A stretch of 35,989 nucleotides of DNA, from positions 1 to 35,989 of the forward strand of contig NKIB01015426.1 in the NCBI GenBank assembly GCA_002256025.1. Reading direction: 5' to 3'. Source of the stretch: Asterionella formosa. Its lineage: Eukaryota. The position numbers were made by a program, and so were the translations under genes. A model generated the notes under the pieces. It searched no databases, was not told where the DNA came from, and saw nothing but the letters and a program-made list of their open reading frames with translations. This document shows positions 21,152 to 34,790 of this stretch, in pieces. Every line of letters begins with the position of its first letter. The stretch's first letter is position 1.

Positions 21152-23991
21152 TCAAGTCAAAAAAATGTATAGTAAATTACCAATTCTGTCCAAAACAGAG
21201 ACAAGATGATTCTTCCATTCAAAATGCTTTTCCTTCTGAGCCATAGTTGTAGTATGAATCTCCACATGAAAGTCATACAGGTTGCTGTGCAAGATTTGGC
21301 TGGTATATAGGTCCTCATTAGAAAATAACTTGTCACAACCAATGATTGGGTAATGAATGGTATCATCACCAAGATGCATATAAAACATGATCCTCAAATC
21401 ATTGTTGCATGTGGAATGGTTTTGGCAAATGGAAACATGAGTTGAACTTTTGACACAAAATTGACATAGTTTAGTGCTTTCATTCACATTGAGACTGTCA
21501 AATCATATGTTTGCCTTACAAGTCGACCAATTTCTTCAACCAATTCACTAGTCTTCGGCCTCTTCATACAATTGGTCTGGATGCAACGAATGGCTTTTGT
21601 ACACCAAAAGGACAGAATTCCATCTTCCCATTCCTCTGCAAGAAGATCAACATCCTCTACCAATTTTCGACTCCCCTCCCCCCTCAATGCATCATAATTG
21701 ATGATGTAGCGTTCATAGAAATCTCCCAACTTATCATTTTGGAGGCAGCCTGTCACAAGCTCAATCATGACCATGCCAAACGAATAGACATCACACGATG
21801 CTTCAAATGTCTTATGTCCACGAGAATACCATGGACATGTGTAGCCAGGTGTCCCAAAGATTCCACCATGTGATGTGTTCCAAACTAAAAAAGGAATTGC
21901 TCTGGTTGAAATGGAGTCATCTACAGGAACAAACTTGGCTAGACCGCAATCAATCAATTTGGCAGTATAGTTCTGTTGAAGGCATATATTAGCCGACTTT
22001 ATGTCGCCATGAAACAGAATGTGGTTGTCATGTGTATCAGTATGAAGGAAGTGGATGGCACGAATAATGTCGAACATGATTCGAAGTTGTCTCTCACTTG
22101 AGAGACTTGCTCTTCTTTGTTTACACGCATAAAATGTATCAAGCGAACCCTTGGATGCAAACTCATCACCAGGTATTGGGAAGGCAAACCAGGGGACAAA
22201 TGATATTCAAACAAAATAACAATATGAGGGTGTTGGAAACTCTTTAATGACTGAAACAGTATGATAGAAGAAAGAGAAACATAAGACTTGAAACGACATG
22301 CAATAGATGATATCAGAAATGAGCTCACCTCATATTCAGTTTTCAAACTCTTGCTAACATCCTGCACCTTATCTTTCTCAACAGCAAAATCGAAAAGCAT
22401 ACGTATAAAAGTAAAATACCGATTGTCATGCTTGCCTTCATAGACCGCACCCAAAGCTCCTTGACCAAGTTTCAAGGCTACATCAAAGTTGTTTGTACAA
22501 TTTATAATGAACTCCACTGGAAGCTCGATTGGTCTTGAATTCACATTATCAATAGCTTCCTTCATTTTCAACTGACCTACAGAAATGCGATCAGTTGAAT
22601 TGCTACTGCTTGGTGTTTGAGTTCTTGTTGAGATTGGTTGAAAATAGGAAGCACTAAGCTTTTTCATAGACACCAATATTGGATGAGTGATTTTGAATAG
22701 CAGACTCAACTGCGAATTTTCCACCAGCTTTGGAAATCGTCATCTTATTGTTGTCATTATTATAAGCAAAGTTAAAAAGTGCCTCACAACCATAGTGTTG
22801 TACAGGACTACTCCAGGAATATTTCTTCATTGCAGACAGAATTGTAGTGATACCTCCTGCTTCAGCAATCGTCACCTCGTAGTTTTCATTAAAAGCCAAG
22901 TTCCCTAGTGCTTGACAACCATACTCTTGCACATAAGCATTGGAGGAATGATTATCCATCGCAGACAGAATCGCAGTCCTCCTGCTTCAGCAATCGTCAC
23001 CTTGCTGTTGTCATCATTCACAGCCAAGCACCAAAGTGCTACACAACCATAGCGTTGCACATTAGCATTGGATGAATGCGTCTTTATTGCAGACAGAATC
23101 GCAGTGATACCTGCTGCTGCAGTGATTACTGCACTGAAGTAGTCATTCAAAGCTAAGTTTCTAAGTGCTGCACAACCATACTACTGTTGTACCTTAGCAT
23201 TGGATGAATTAGTCAACATCGCATGCAGAATTGTACTGCTGCAACAATTGACACCTTGTTGTTTTCAATCACAGCCAAGTTCTCAAGTGCTGCACAACCA
23301 TTGTGATGGACATCCTCATTGGAGCAATGATTTGTCATGGCAGACAGAAGCGTAATAATACCTTCTGGTTGTTATCATTCGCTGCCAAACGCTGAAGTGC
23401 TGCAAATCTATAGTGTTGCACATTGGCATTTGGATTTATGATTCTTCAGCGCAGACAGAATCGTAGTGATAACTCCTGTTTCAGCAGTTGCCACATCGTA
23501 ATCTTTCTCGAAAGCCAAGGCCCAAAAAAGCCCACAAGCGTAGTATTGCACATTTGCAATGGTTGAATGAGTCTTCATGGCAGACAGAATCAAATTGATA
23601 CCTCCTGCTTTAAGAATCGCCACCTTGTTTTCGTCATTCCAAGCCAAGTTCGCAAGCTCCTTCAGACCTTCTTCTTTAATGTAAGCATTTCGCTCATTCA
23701 TTTGAATCTCTGAAAGAATTGCAGCAGTCAGAGACGAAATTGAACTGTTTGGAATTTTTGTTGCTGGCAAAGAAGGAGGCAGCGGAGCATCGCATCTACT
23801 AGGGCAGCTCTCTCGCACGGTCTTCCAAACTCCATTCCATTTCTTTTTGCGAAGCTGAATGTCTGAGTGATAACGACAGAATCCATCTTTATGAGCTCAA
23901 CTTGTACGGCATGCTTAGACACTATTGGAGCATCATACTGAATAGTGGTAGGGTTGTATGAAGCCTGGAGTGTAGGTGAGAAACTTGCCAT
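21152..23991 (-). pseudogene. ARM repeats + IRAK/Pelle(RLK)-like protein kinase + degenerate RING-like zinc finger, frameshifted
   Basis: About 8 ARM repeats (xAGGIxxILSAMKxHSSNAxVQxYGCxALxNLA). Kinase motifs CTNNF, LGQGALGAVYEG, HPHIV, HGDIKSANICL, AKLIDCGLAK, FGTPGY and DVYSFGMVMIELVTG. Probable intron 22328-22251 (GTGAG..TTCAG). C-terminal CQFC..C..H..C..YPIIGC. Several frameshifts. Confidence 0.85.
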
Positions 23992-24309
23992 GTTTGATTT
24001 GTGTTACCGGTAATTAATTTAGTTCTTTTATCGTTCTTGTGATGAAACGCCTTTTTCTTTTTGTTCTTGTTTTTGTAATTCTTGCAGTCTCTACCATCTG
24101 AGGTTCAATTCTACATGGTACCTGGTGAAGTATCTAACTAGAAGTAGTAGTATTTGTTGAATATATGAGCATATTTGTTAATCTTTGTTTGTAACTCGTT
24201 CTCTAAGTCGACACCAAAGTATACAGTGAGGGTTACCGGTAGTCGAGTTCTCTCATTATTGAGTTCTGATACATAACCCTATATACATCTGTATTGATGC
24301 GCAAGATCG

Positions 24310-26790
24310 CTCACTCTCCCACACCAAGGAAAACCTTTTACCTTTGAAAAGGTTTGATGTAATGAATATTGATTCATTCTGTAGTATGCATTGTTTGTTG
24401 AAAAGTAACTGTACCATTGGCATATACTTGAATAATAGAATAAGGACCTCGTCCATGGTTATCCAAGGTAGTAGGATTATCCAAAAGGATTAAAACCTCA
24501 TCAACAACTTTGTAATCGCAAGAACGACGACGGAAATTATCACGAAATAGTCATTTGTCAATTATCACTTATCAACATTGATAACTCAATATCAATTACA
24601 TATCTGTAATCAAATCATGTTGGAAAACCCATGTTCCTGGTGAACACAATGTATTATAAATAGTAGCTCGAGCTGCATAGGATGCAGCAAACTGGTATCC
24701 ACAAAATTCTGAACTTGAAATTCCTTGATTGGAGGATGAGCCTTTAACATAACTCGTACATAGACTTTTACTGAAAGATTGATGTAAACGTTCATGGATA
24801 GCATTTGTTTGTGGATTCTTACTGACTGTAATGGTCCCAATTTTAATTCCATTCAACACTTACATGTTTATGAAAGGAATACCAGTAAATTAACCTCCAT
24901 TGTCATGTATACAACCTTCTGGACGGAGATATCTGTCTAACCGATCATTTTCAAGTTTCATCGCAATATATTCTGATGTCTTATTATTGATATGTGAAGT
25001 TTCTGGTACTAAATTGGTGACTGTTAACTCAAGTTGGAGCATGAAATTCAATCGCTTGTGCAGTCACTGTTATCTTCCATGGACCAATGAAATCCACTGT
25101 GACTTCTGAGCATTGTAATAACAATGCATTCCTTGGTGGAAGTTCAACAAAACCCAGCACCAGGTAATTTTGTACGTTTTGACATGTTTCATATATGCTT
25201 CCAATATGTTCCACTCTTGCTTTTAATGGAGGATAGTAGAAAATGTGCAGAAACTGTGGCATTTCATCTTGTCATACCCACATTAGCTAACATCTGATGA
25301 TACCAATTAATAATAGGATCCAATAGTGATATAGGAATAGCAATACGTCAAGTATCTCCTGGATTCTTCACAAAACATATTAAATGTACATGATGAAAAT
25401 CGATAGAAGGAAATTTTAACAGATTTGTTTGGTTTGTTGATTGAGAATGAGATGAGTTGTTTGATTGAGAATTAATTGCACATCCAGCAATTGTCTATCA
25501 TGTATTGAGTTATAATCCAGAGATATTGAATATTGTCTGCCAGAATTGGATGATTGAGGAAACAGATAAACAAAGGTTCATCATCTAATTCAATTGAGAA
25601 AGTAGAAATGGATGTTGATGCTGAAGATTTCGGTCCAATATCATCCCCCACCAAAGACTCAAGCCTCGGGAGGCAAGAGATAGAATCTGTAATATTTGAC
25701 ATTATCAGATCCCTTCATATTGTGAAAAGTGATAAGATATTCTTCAATATAAATCCTCCACCAGAGAACACGTTGAGTTTCTGTGTAGGGTAATAAAGAT
25801 AAAAATATGATGATCAGTGTGAACATGTAGAACCGCATTCAATGACATAGAGCGAAATTCTTTGAAAGTTTCTGAATTGAAAATCAGAAACATTAGTAAA
25901 AAATATGGAAAGGAAAATTAAGATCAGGATAACGCATGAGTGTATCTGCAACTAGCAATGCTTTCATTGATGCAAAAGTTTGTTGATGTATGCATAGTAG
26001 GTAGCCATACAAATGGACTAGTTCCATTTAAATCCTGTTTTTAATTTTGAAGACCAAAATTTGAAGTCAGTTGGAGTTTATCGATATCCCAATGAGTCAG
26101 TTTCTTCAGCAGACCATTTCATTTAGAATTGTGCTGGAGGATTTGTGGTTAAAAAAATTTATTTCAACCATAACAGTATCTTTCCGTATCTGTATAGTTA
26201 TGAGCTTGAATGTTCCATGTGTAAACATAATCCTTGATAGGCGTATCAAAATATGATAACAGGGCATTGTGCAAATGTTCTGTATCATTATCAAAGGAAT
26301 GCATGACATGCAGAAAGACACTGATATATCCACCATACAGACAGGACATGGTATTTGTAAATTATCCATCATAAATTAATCACCTGGACAAATGAGCAAA
26401 CTCGCAGAAGGTTCTAAGACCAGGTAATTCTGTTGCAAGATACAAGCTGACGGGCGGATTAAATTTTGGGAGCATCATGCTGATTACTGGCAAAGGAAGA
26501 AAAGATGGGATCATACCTGCTATGCATGGTATATATTTATTTTAAGTGTTCGATTTTACAACGAAATGTCCTGAAGTACAATCCATTCATAAGTTAAAGA
26601 TCAGGACCCACCGCAATCAAATTCATATACAACGCAGCCACCAATCCTTGGGTTGCTTATGACATGAGAATGAAATGCCATTAAGCTTATGCATTCTTAG
26701 GCAAAGAAAGAATGAGACCGGAATCAGGCCTTGAAATGTGCATATGGAATGATATATTGAATCTACCTTTGCATTTTAAAATATCCTGCA
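24310..26790 (-). mobile_element. Highly degraded Ty3/Gypsy LTR-retrotransposon pol relic
   Basis: Gypsy domain order on the minus strand: protease-like KA..DSG/SHSF (~26720); RT remnants; RNase H ASMKALLVADTLMRYPDLNFPFHIFT (~25930); CFLNHP; integrase EVTVDFIGPW, IHDNGG, KNPQTNAIHERLHQ, SPGTWVFQHDLI, RRRSCDYKVVDEVL. Purine tract GGGAGAG near 24315. No LTR pair found. Confidence 0.85.
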
Positions 26791-26808
26791 TTACAATAGC
26801 GGTGATAT

Positions 26809-27035
26809 CCAACCTGTAATTATCCTGTAAAGAACAATAGTTATTCAGGTAATGATTGATGTAAGACATATTCAATGTGCTGTTGCTCATATATATATAT
26901 ATATATTATATATATATATATATATATGTATATTCCAACCTGTAATTATCCTGTAAATAACAAAAGTTTTTCAGGTAATGATTGACGTAAGACATTTTCA
27001 AGGTGCTGTCACTCATAAATATATATATGTATATT
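26809..27035. repeat. ~80-bp direct duplication (period 126 bp), each copy followed by a (TA)n tract
   Basis: CCAACCTGTAATTATCCTGTAAA...TTCAGGTAATGATTGA.GTAAGACAT.TTCAA.GTGCTGT at 26809 and 26935; (TA)n at about 26889-26932 and 27019-27033. Confidence 0.85.
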
Positions 27036-28302
27036 ATTAAAATCATAGCATTGTTGCTATTGTCGCACGTACTTCTGTTAAGGCGATCTGTTCAGCATTC
27101 TGCTGGTTTTTTATTAGGTACATCGGCCACTAACTGACCAACAGGAGGGTTCAAGACCACTAAAATTTCCTGGGCAGATTCATAATAGTCGGCAGGTATG
27201 GCCCTGGGCACAGTACCCTAACCAGACATCATCATAGGGTTAACCCATGGATTTGCTTGTATAAAACATGTACGGAAGAAAAAACATGAATTGAGTTAGC
27301 TGTGTTAGTATGATAATTTGCTCCACGTAGAATTTCTACGCCAGAGGAACAGGAACAAGGTTAGTAGTGTTAGTAATGTTAACTCCATTAACCTTATGTT
27401 TGACCGTTGTTTCATATCCCATGCGTGGCCAGCTGCATTAAAATGCATTTGCCCTGCCATTGCCACTGAGTATAATTTTATCATGTACAAATTTATGCTT
27501 GAAATGGTGGTTGTATTCTTGATACATCACATGACTGCATTTAGCAATGCAAGACGATCTTTTGTTAAAATTGACACTAGTCACGCTTATTTTCTTGATG
27601 CATCATGGAATTGTCTTCAACTTCAACTATTTATATACGATTTTGTGTTAGAAAATTGACACCAGGCCCGCGCGATCTCTCGACATTACACGATTGCCTT
27701 CAGAGACGCGAAGTCGATTTTGGCTTATGGTAGAACTCATGCTTGAGGATGTGCTTGAGTTGATCTTTGAATGATTGTTGACTCTCGAAGTAAGTCAAAA
27801 CCAAGCGAATCAATTATTTTGTGTTCTTTTCATTGTTCCATTCAAACACTTGCTTGTTGCCACGCATTGTTGATCGATCAAAATGACAATCAACCTCAAA
27901 TCTTCCTTGGCGGAAACCTCTTGATCTTCTGAGTGAGTTATCAGTGTGTCAAATATTTGTCATTAAGGTTGTGGCCCTCGGCTTACCCCTAGTTTGGAGA
28001 AAAAGTCGATAGGGTTGTAAAAACGGCGTGAAACAGGGAATTTTTTCTGTGTATTCCCAAGATGCAAGTATCTCCCTGAATATTTAAACTAAGTAGAAAA
28101 TGGCGCCACATTGATAGAGTTCCATTTCAAAATGAATGAAGACATTTATGTTGTATCTACCTTGCTCAATGTAGATATAATTTTACTCCCCACCAGAGCA
28201 CATGTATATACTAGCTACTATATAGTATACCTCAAGCATGTACTGGTAGTCATCCTGCTTCTATAATGCAATATTGGTTCTCCTCTCTGCAAGCATCAAA
28301 CA

Positions 28303-28758
28303 ATGCAACAATCAACCATGAGTTCTGTTGGCTCTCCCCCAGTGCATGCCAATCCACTTCCAGACAATCATGTTCTGTGCCCCACTTGTATTGATCGTGA
28401 CATTGTCGAATCTGAAGTTGCAGACTGTGGGAATTGCATCTTCTGCGAATGCTGTGACTTTGCATGCCCAGAGTGCCAATCTCGATGGGACGAGATGGAG
28501 GAGTTAGTTGAACAATACATGGAAGCAGACTTGGTTCAGCTTCGACTTGACGAAGATGTTATCACGCCGGGCCAAGGAAGAAACCTTACATAGTACAAGT
28601 TTCTGGTCAAGATGTTCTGTGGCTCACTTGGGAAAGGCATTTGTATGGAACTTCCAGATTGTTGCCTGAAGGGGGTTTGTTCGCTTCTCAAGAATAAGGA
28701 TCACAAAGAAGAGTTCACTGGTTTCCAACCAGTATCTAAAAATTTTAAACACTGTTAG
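28303..28758 (+). pseudogene. KolX-like accessory protein (Cys-rich; similar to the P2X7 C-terminal 'ballast'-like domain), one in-frame stop at 28591
   Basis: CPTC..CGNCIFCECCDFACPEC, then RNLT*YKFLVKMFCGSLGKGICMELPDCCLKGVCSLL..EEFTGF, which matches the pattern R..AY..F....G.LGK..R..LP.C....IR..FP...Y.GF. Confidence 0.7.
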
Positions 28759-28931
28759 TCATCTATTAATTTTATTAGTTTGCTTATATTTGAACATTGT
28801 CATTATCATCGCATTGCTGAAAATATTCTTAGCCTTTATAACGTTAAAAACCATCAATAAATATTCAAACCTTTCAATCCTTGGCATTAAAAAATTAAAG
28901 AACATAAATTTATTACACTAGTTTCAAAAAT

Positions 28932-30269
28932 ATGAAAGGTTCAGATACCCATCTCAGTTCCTCGATTGCAAATGGTGGCAAAGGACGGCGCACACGCAAA
29001 GAGGCGCCTGATGAAACCATTTGGTTTGACGAAACAAAGAAAATTACAGATACAACAGAAAACACACCACCCGTAATGAATCTGAGCGGACATTGTTAAT
29101 AGTCTGCAGAATCATTAAAGCAGTTTATAGAGAGCAACAGTAGCTGTAGTAAATGCAGTGAAAAGTTGAGATTGCAAGCGTATAATATTGCATACAAACA
29201 AGGAATGGCAGATATACAAATGTACCTTATCCAAAAATGTCAAGGAAAAAGATCAATAGAAGATAAATACAATGAATTCATTGAAAGCCATGATATTTTC
29301 ATTGACAGCACAGAGTCATCAGAATCTCCTTCACAGATAACAAGGCTGATTGTTGCCAACAATGTTAGTCCATTTCTTGGCTTTGCTAGCCGAATTTCAA
29401 TTACCTATGCGCAATGTGATGAAAGAAAGTATATTGAACCTGTAATTTGCAAAAACAAAGAAGGAAATTATGAGAAAGGCAATCAATCAGAACACTTTGC
29501 AATCAATAACATGTTTGTTCTTGGTTGTCACGAAGCAGGAATGAGTCCGGTTGACGCTGATTAACAAAGAACGACTGCCTGCGACTGAAAATCTATTATG
29601 GATGCTGCTTCATAAAGAAAAATCGACATAAGCCATTCGAAGATTTTTGTACAGCATCAATGGCACCAATCCACCACTTATTTGACAGTCATGAGCACTG
29701 TAATCCGGAATGGTGTCCTGCAAAAGCAAGTAAAAAAGTTAGTAAAGGAAAACATTGAGGACAACAAGGAAATGTTTGATTGGTTAATTGAAAATGTTAG
29801 CAAAAAATGGAAGGTGAGAAGCTCAAAGCATTACATCATCCATTCGATACACAAATGAATGAGGTGATGAACAATGCTGTTGCAAGGCGTTGTCCAAAAA
29901 ACAAAATGTTTGCTGGCTCCCAAAGCCTGCTCTATCGAGTAGCATTAGTGGCAGGACAGCAAACACAAGGCGCTGATAAATACATGTCAGATGTATATGA
30001 AATGTTGGGGATGACTATGTCAACCCGACAACAAACCTTTTGGAGTCAACGGCAAAAAAGCGAACAAATGATGCTGAATACAAGAAAAACCCCACAAGGA
30101 AACGCAAACGAAGCGAAGCAATCCATAGTTCACGATTCGAAACAATGAAACAAGAAAAGACGACAAGAAAAGAGGAAGAACTTACGAATCAGGTATAGCA
30201 TTCACCATGGATACTCAAGGAAGTATTCAATCTCCCGCTGCCAAGAAATGCAAGAATTGCGAACATACC
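28932..30269 (+). pseudogene. Kolobok-type transposase, 5' part (internal deletion near 29560; interrupted by Copia)
   Basis: CSKC; FAINNMFVLGCHEAGMSP; then a jump to LTKNDCLRLKIYYG..PIHHLFDSHEHCNPEWCP; LHHPFDTQMNEVMNNAVARRCPKNKMF; YESGIAF; KKCKNCEHT. Confidence 0.75.
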
Positions 30270-30529
30270 TGTTAGGAAATATGGACGTACAAGATACAGA
30301 CGATGAATGGATTAAAGTACAAGGAAAGAAAAAGAAGAAAGAAGCCACTTCCACAGTGAAGGCTACGTGGCTGAATGAGTAGGTATATATATACACAGTT
30401 AACATGAGTTCTGCTCATTCTTTACTATTTATCGGGTTTACATCGATAAAGCCTCCCCTGTAGACTGTCTTCTGTCCATTGTTGTCTTACAGACACAATA
30501 GAATACAGTCCGAACTTGTGGATTTAACA
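30270..30529 (+). repeat. 5' LTR (260 bp)
   Basis: TGTTAGGAAATATGG...GGATTTAACA; about 98% identical to the 3' LTR. Confidence 0.95.
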
Positions 30530-30556
30530 TAATTAGTAAAGAAAAAGGCAAATACA

Positions 30557-33500
30557 ATGGGAGGCGGCAATATGGCACCCGATGATGGTGGCGGCGGTGA
30601 TGCCACACCAAAAGACAAGAAGGAAAGTGTTGGTGGCAAGAAGCTACTGTATCGATACGGAAACCATGGAAACCAGAAGAATGCTGTTCCACGGCAGCCC
30701 AAGTTTGAAGGGAAATGCGACAAGCTGAAAGGTCATGTCTACGATTGCTCAGATGCAAGACAGGCAGACTTGTTTATCAAGACAACAAAGGAGGTGGCTG
30801 AGTTTGTGGAGCGGACCTACAAGTATGGCAGTGACATCCGATTGGCAGTAGAAAACCTCCTGCAGGTGCCAAACATCGCTGAGCCATATGACCCACCAGC
30901 AGGCACATCCAGGACTCAGGAGCGCATTTGGGAAAAACAGGTAGATGAATCTGTTAAGCGAACAACCTACATAAGCAAGAATATTAAGACCCTATATTCA
31001 CTAGTCTGGCCAATGCACAGACATTATGAGGCAAAAAATCGAGGCCTTGCACGATTTCGAGGAGATGTTGACCAACGGTGATGGTCTTGCATTGCTCAAA
31101 GCAATCAAAAACACTGCTTTCAACTTCCAAAGCCAAAAGTACCTTCCACATTCACTGTATGAATCGACTCAACGTTTCTACATGACGGCCCAAGGAAAGT
31201 ATTTGACAACCCAGGCTTATCTTGAACAGTTTCAAAACATGATAGATGTCATTGTACATACAGGAGGAATGGTGGGACATCAACCTGGAATCATAAGAGC
31301 CATAATGAGGGAAAGGGGCATTGATCCAACAAATGCCACAACCATGCAACAAATGGAAATTGAGAAGGATGCCCAGAACCGCTATTTGGCTGTTGCCTTC
31401 ATGCTTGGTTCAGATAAGGCCAGGTTTGGTCGCCTGCTTGAGAACTTGGAGAATGACTATCTCCAAGGCCAAAATAATTACCCAACATCCATCACTGCAG
31501 CCTATAATCTGCTTACGCAATCTTATACGTACAAGTGGACCAGTCAGGAATGGATTATCGTTTACCAATGTAGATGGTGAACATGGAGAACAACACATTG
31601 CGCTTGCAAACAGTGGACATACTAAATCTCGACGAAATAAACTGTCACACGTCACATGCCACAAATGTGGCAAACAGGGACATGTTACTGACAAATGTGA
31701 AGAGGAGCAGCGTCAGGAGCCGTGTCAGGAGCATCAAACTGGCTCCATGCTTTTGACGGAAGGTATATAGAATGGAGAGTTCAATCATGACGTGCACTTC
31801 CAATTCCTGCAGCACACCAAGGAAGTATCATTGAAGCTAGATGAGGGCGGAAAAATCCCAAAGAGCTGGATCTTTTCAGACAACCAGTCTACTGTTGATG
31901 TCTTCTATGATGCAAATCTACTCAGGAATATCAGAAAAGTTGAAAAACATATGGATATTCACTGCAATGCAGGTGTTACAAGCACTAACTTGGTCGGTGA
32001 CTTGCCAGGATATGGAACAGTGTGGTACCATCCAAATGGGATTGCCAACATCTTGTCCCTGGCAAAAATGCAGGAACATGGGTACCACATTAAATATGAC
32101 AGCAAGTATGGAAATGCATTCATAATTCACAAACCAGACAGAAGCATGAGAGTGTTTAAACAATCAGATTGTGGTCTATACTTCATGGACAGCAAGACGG
32201 CCAGTGCGCACTACAGATGTCACACTGGTTAATACGGTAGACGATAACCGTTCTAACTACACCAACCGTGACTATTCTTGTGCAGTATTAGCTTGTCAAT
32301 TACAAAAGATCATAGGAAGGCCAAGTACTTGTACATTCACTAAAATTGAGGAGAACAATTTACTACCAAACTGCCCAGTGACGCAAAGGGACATCATGAT
32401 GGCAGAGGATATATTTGGTCCTGATGTGGGATCACTAAAAGGGAAAACCACTCGACGCGGAACTGATCATGTGGCAATCAATCTAATTGAAATCCCAGTC
32501 AGCATCATGAATCACTATAAAAGTATCATCTTGGGAGGTGACATCATGTTTGTGAACAAAATGCCTTTCTTTGTGACCATGTCCCGCCACATCAAATTTG
32601 GGACAGCAGAAATGCTGCAAAACCAACAAAGTAAGACAAAACTAAGGGCAATTAAACAAGTGAAAAGTGTCTATATGAAGAGGGGATTTAAGATTTCAAC
32701 ATTATTAATGGATGGACAATTTGAATCAATCAGAGGTGACCTGGCCGAAATGCAAATCAATCTCAATACTGTTTCCAATGATGAACACGTCCCAGAAGTG
32801 GAAAGATACATTTGTACCATCAAAGAGCGTGCACGTTGTGTATATAACACATTGCCATTTAGGCGAATTCCAACAAGGATGATAATTGAAATCGTCTATC
32901 ACAGTGTGTTCTGGCTTAACAGTTTCCCAGCAGAAGGTGGAATATCTCCTAAACTAAGCCCTCATGCCATTGTGATTGGAACACTCATCGATTACAATAA
33001 GCACTGCAAACTTGAGTTTGGTACATATGTGCAAGTTCATGAAGAGCATGACAACTCCATGGCCACCAGAACCACAGGGGCAATCGCACTACGACCAACA
33101 GGAAACGAGCAAGGCGGTTACTACTTTTACAGCCTCACTAGCGGTTGAGTTCTAAATCGGAACCATTGGACCGCATTACCTATGCCAGCAGAAGTAATTG
33201 ATAGAATACACGTCCTCACTCGCTGCAATACCGGCAATGGCACCCCTGAGCTGATGTTCACTGATCGTGATGGTGCTTCTCTCACCAACCATAAGGATGA
33301 CAATAGTGATGATGAGTCCTATCACCCTGATGAGGATGCCAATTCCATTATTAATAATACAATGATGACTATTATCTATAACTTCCGATGCGGAAAACAA
33401 CCCTAATGCTCCCATCGCAGGAGTGAATGATGAAGAACACGAACAAAATAATGCCGAAATCGAGGAGGAACACGAACATTATGATGAAGAACACTAACAG

Positions 33501-34790
33501 TATGATGAAGAACACAAACAAAATAATGCCAGAATCGAGGAGGAAAATTTAGAAAACGAAATTGAGGACGAAAATTTTGAAGATCATATTAATAATCTGG
33601 CCAGTGAAGAGGAGCAACAAAACATGTCACTAGACAAGGAAATGGATGCGAAATATGGGACCCGAAGCAGTGGATATGAACTACAACCCAGACGACCACA
33701 GGACTATAGTCACATGCATACAACTCTTGAAAATACAGTGATGACACAGCATAACATGAAAAAAGGGATTAAGCTCTTTGGTGATGCAGGAATTAATGCA
33801 GTACTAAAGGAACTACAACAGCTACATCTACATGACAGAAAGGTCCTAGAGCCAGTGAACGCCAAATAGATCCCAAACTATTCCGCAAACATGTACAGAT
33901 GCAAGGGGGTAAACAGGTCTTATATGTGGAACTAAAGAAAGCACTGTACGGAACTCTCAAGGCAGCGCTGTTATTTTGGAAGAAAGTCACAAAACGAAAT
34001 TGAATTAATGGGGATTTGAGGTGAATCCATACGATTGGTGTGTAATGAACAAGACAATTGATGGGGCCCAATGCACAATATTATGGCATGTGGATGATCT
34101 AAAGATATCTCATGTCAAGCCAAATGTGTTACCAAGGTAATCAAACAGTTGGAGGCGGAGTTTGGCATTGAGGCACCCCTTGCAAAGACACGTGGAAAAG
34201 TTCATGAATACCTAGGCATGATTCTTGATTTTACTACACCAGGAAAAGTCATGGTGTCAATGAAGGATTTTATTGAACGGATGCTAAACGAGCTACCAAC
34301 AGACATGGATGGGGAAGCTGTGACTGCAGCAGCAAATCATCTCTTTGAAGTGAACGAAACAGACCCAATCAAGTTGAACGAGGAACCGTGAATATGCCAC
34401 TAACACTGGAGGCAGAAAGTATGCAAATAGTCAAGTGGTGGGTCGACGCTTCATTTGCTGTTAACCCAGAAATGAAAAGTCACACCGGAGCTGTAATGAC
34501 CCTAGGAAAATGAGGAATATATGGCACATCAACCAGGCAAAGAATTAACACAAGAAGTTCCACAGAAGGTGATCGAGCAGCAAAAGAACTCGCCATATTA
34601 AGATCAGAAACTTTTTTGTTCGTGATCGTATTGAGGCAAAAGAGGTGTCAGTTCAATACTGCCCCACACAAGAGATGGTTGCAGATTTTTTACAAAGCCA
34701 CTACATGGCGTCCTTTTCCAGAAATTTAGAAACGAGATTATGAATGTTGATCCAGCAACTGTTAGCTTCCAGGATCACAGGAGTGTGTTG
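30557..34790 (+). pseudogene. Copia gag-pol polyprotein pseudogene
   Basis: Gag KFEGKCDKLKGHVYD and LENDYLQGQNNYP; CCHC CHKCGKQGHVTDKC; protease WIFSDNQSTVDVF; integrase GDIMFVN, MDGQFE and EHVPEVERYI.TIKER; RT KALYGTLKAALLFW and LWHVDDLKISH; RNase H WVDASFAV..MKSHTG, TRSSTEG and MVADFFTKPL. Stops, frameshifts and deletions (about 33865 and 34390). Confidence 0.93.

Noticed and set aside
27050..27960. ORF fragments between the Gypsy relic and the Kolobok left end
   Set aside because: No recognisable domain or termini.
30281..30381. Short ORF MDVQDTDDEWIKVQGKKKKKE in both LTRs
   Set aside because: Part of the LTR and pol read-through region, not an independent gene.
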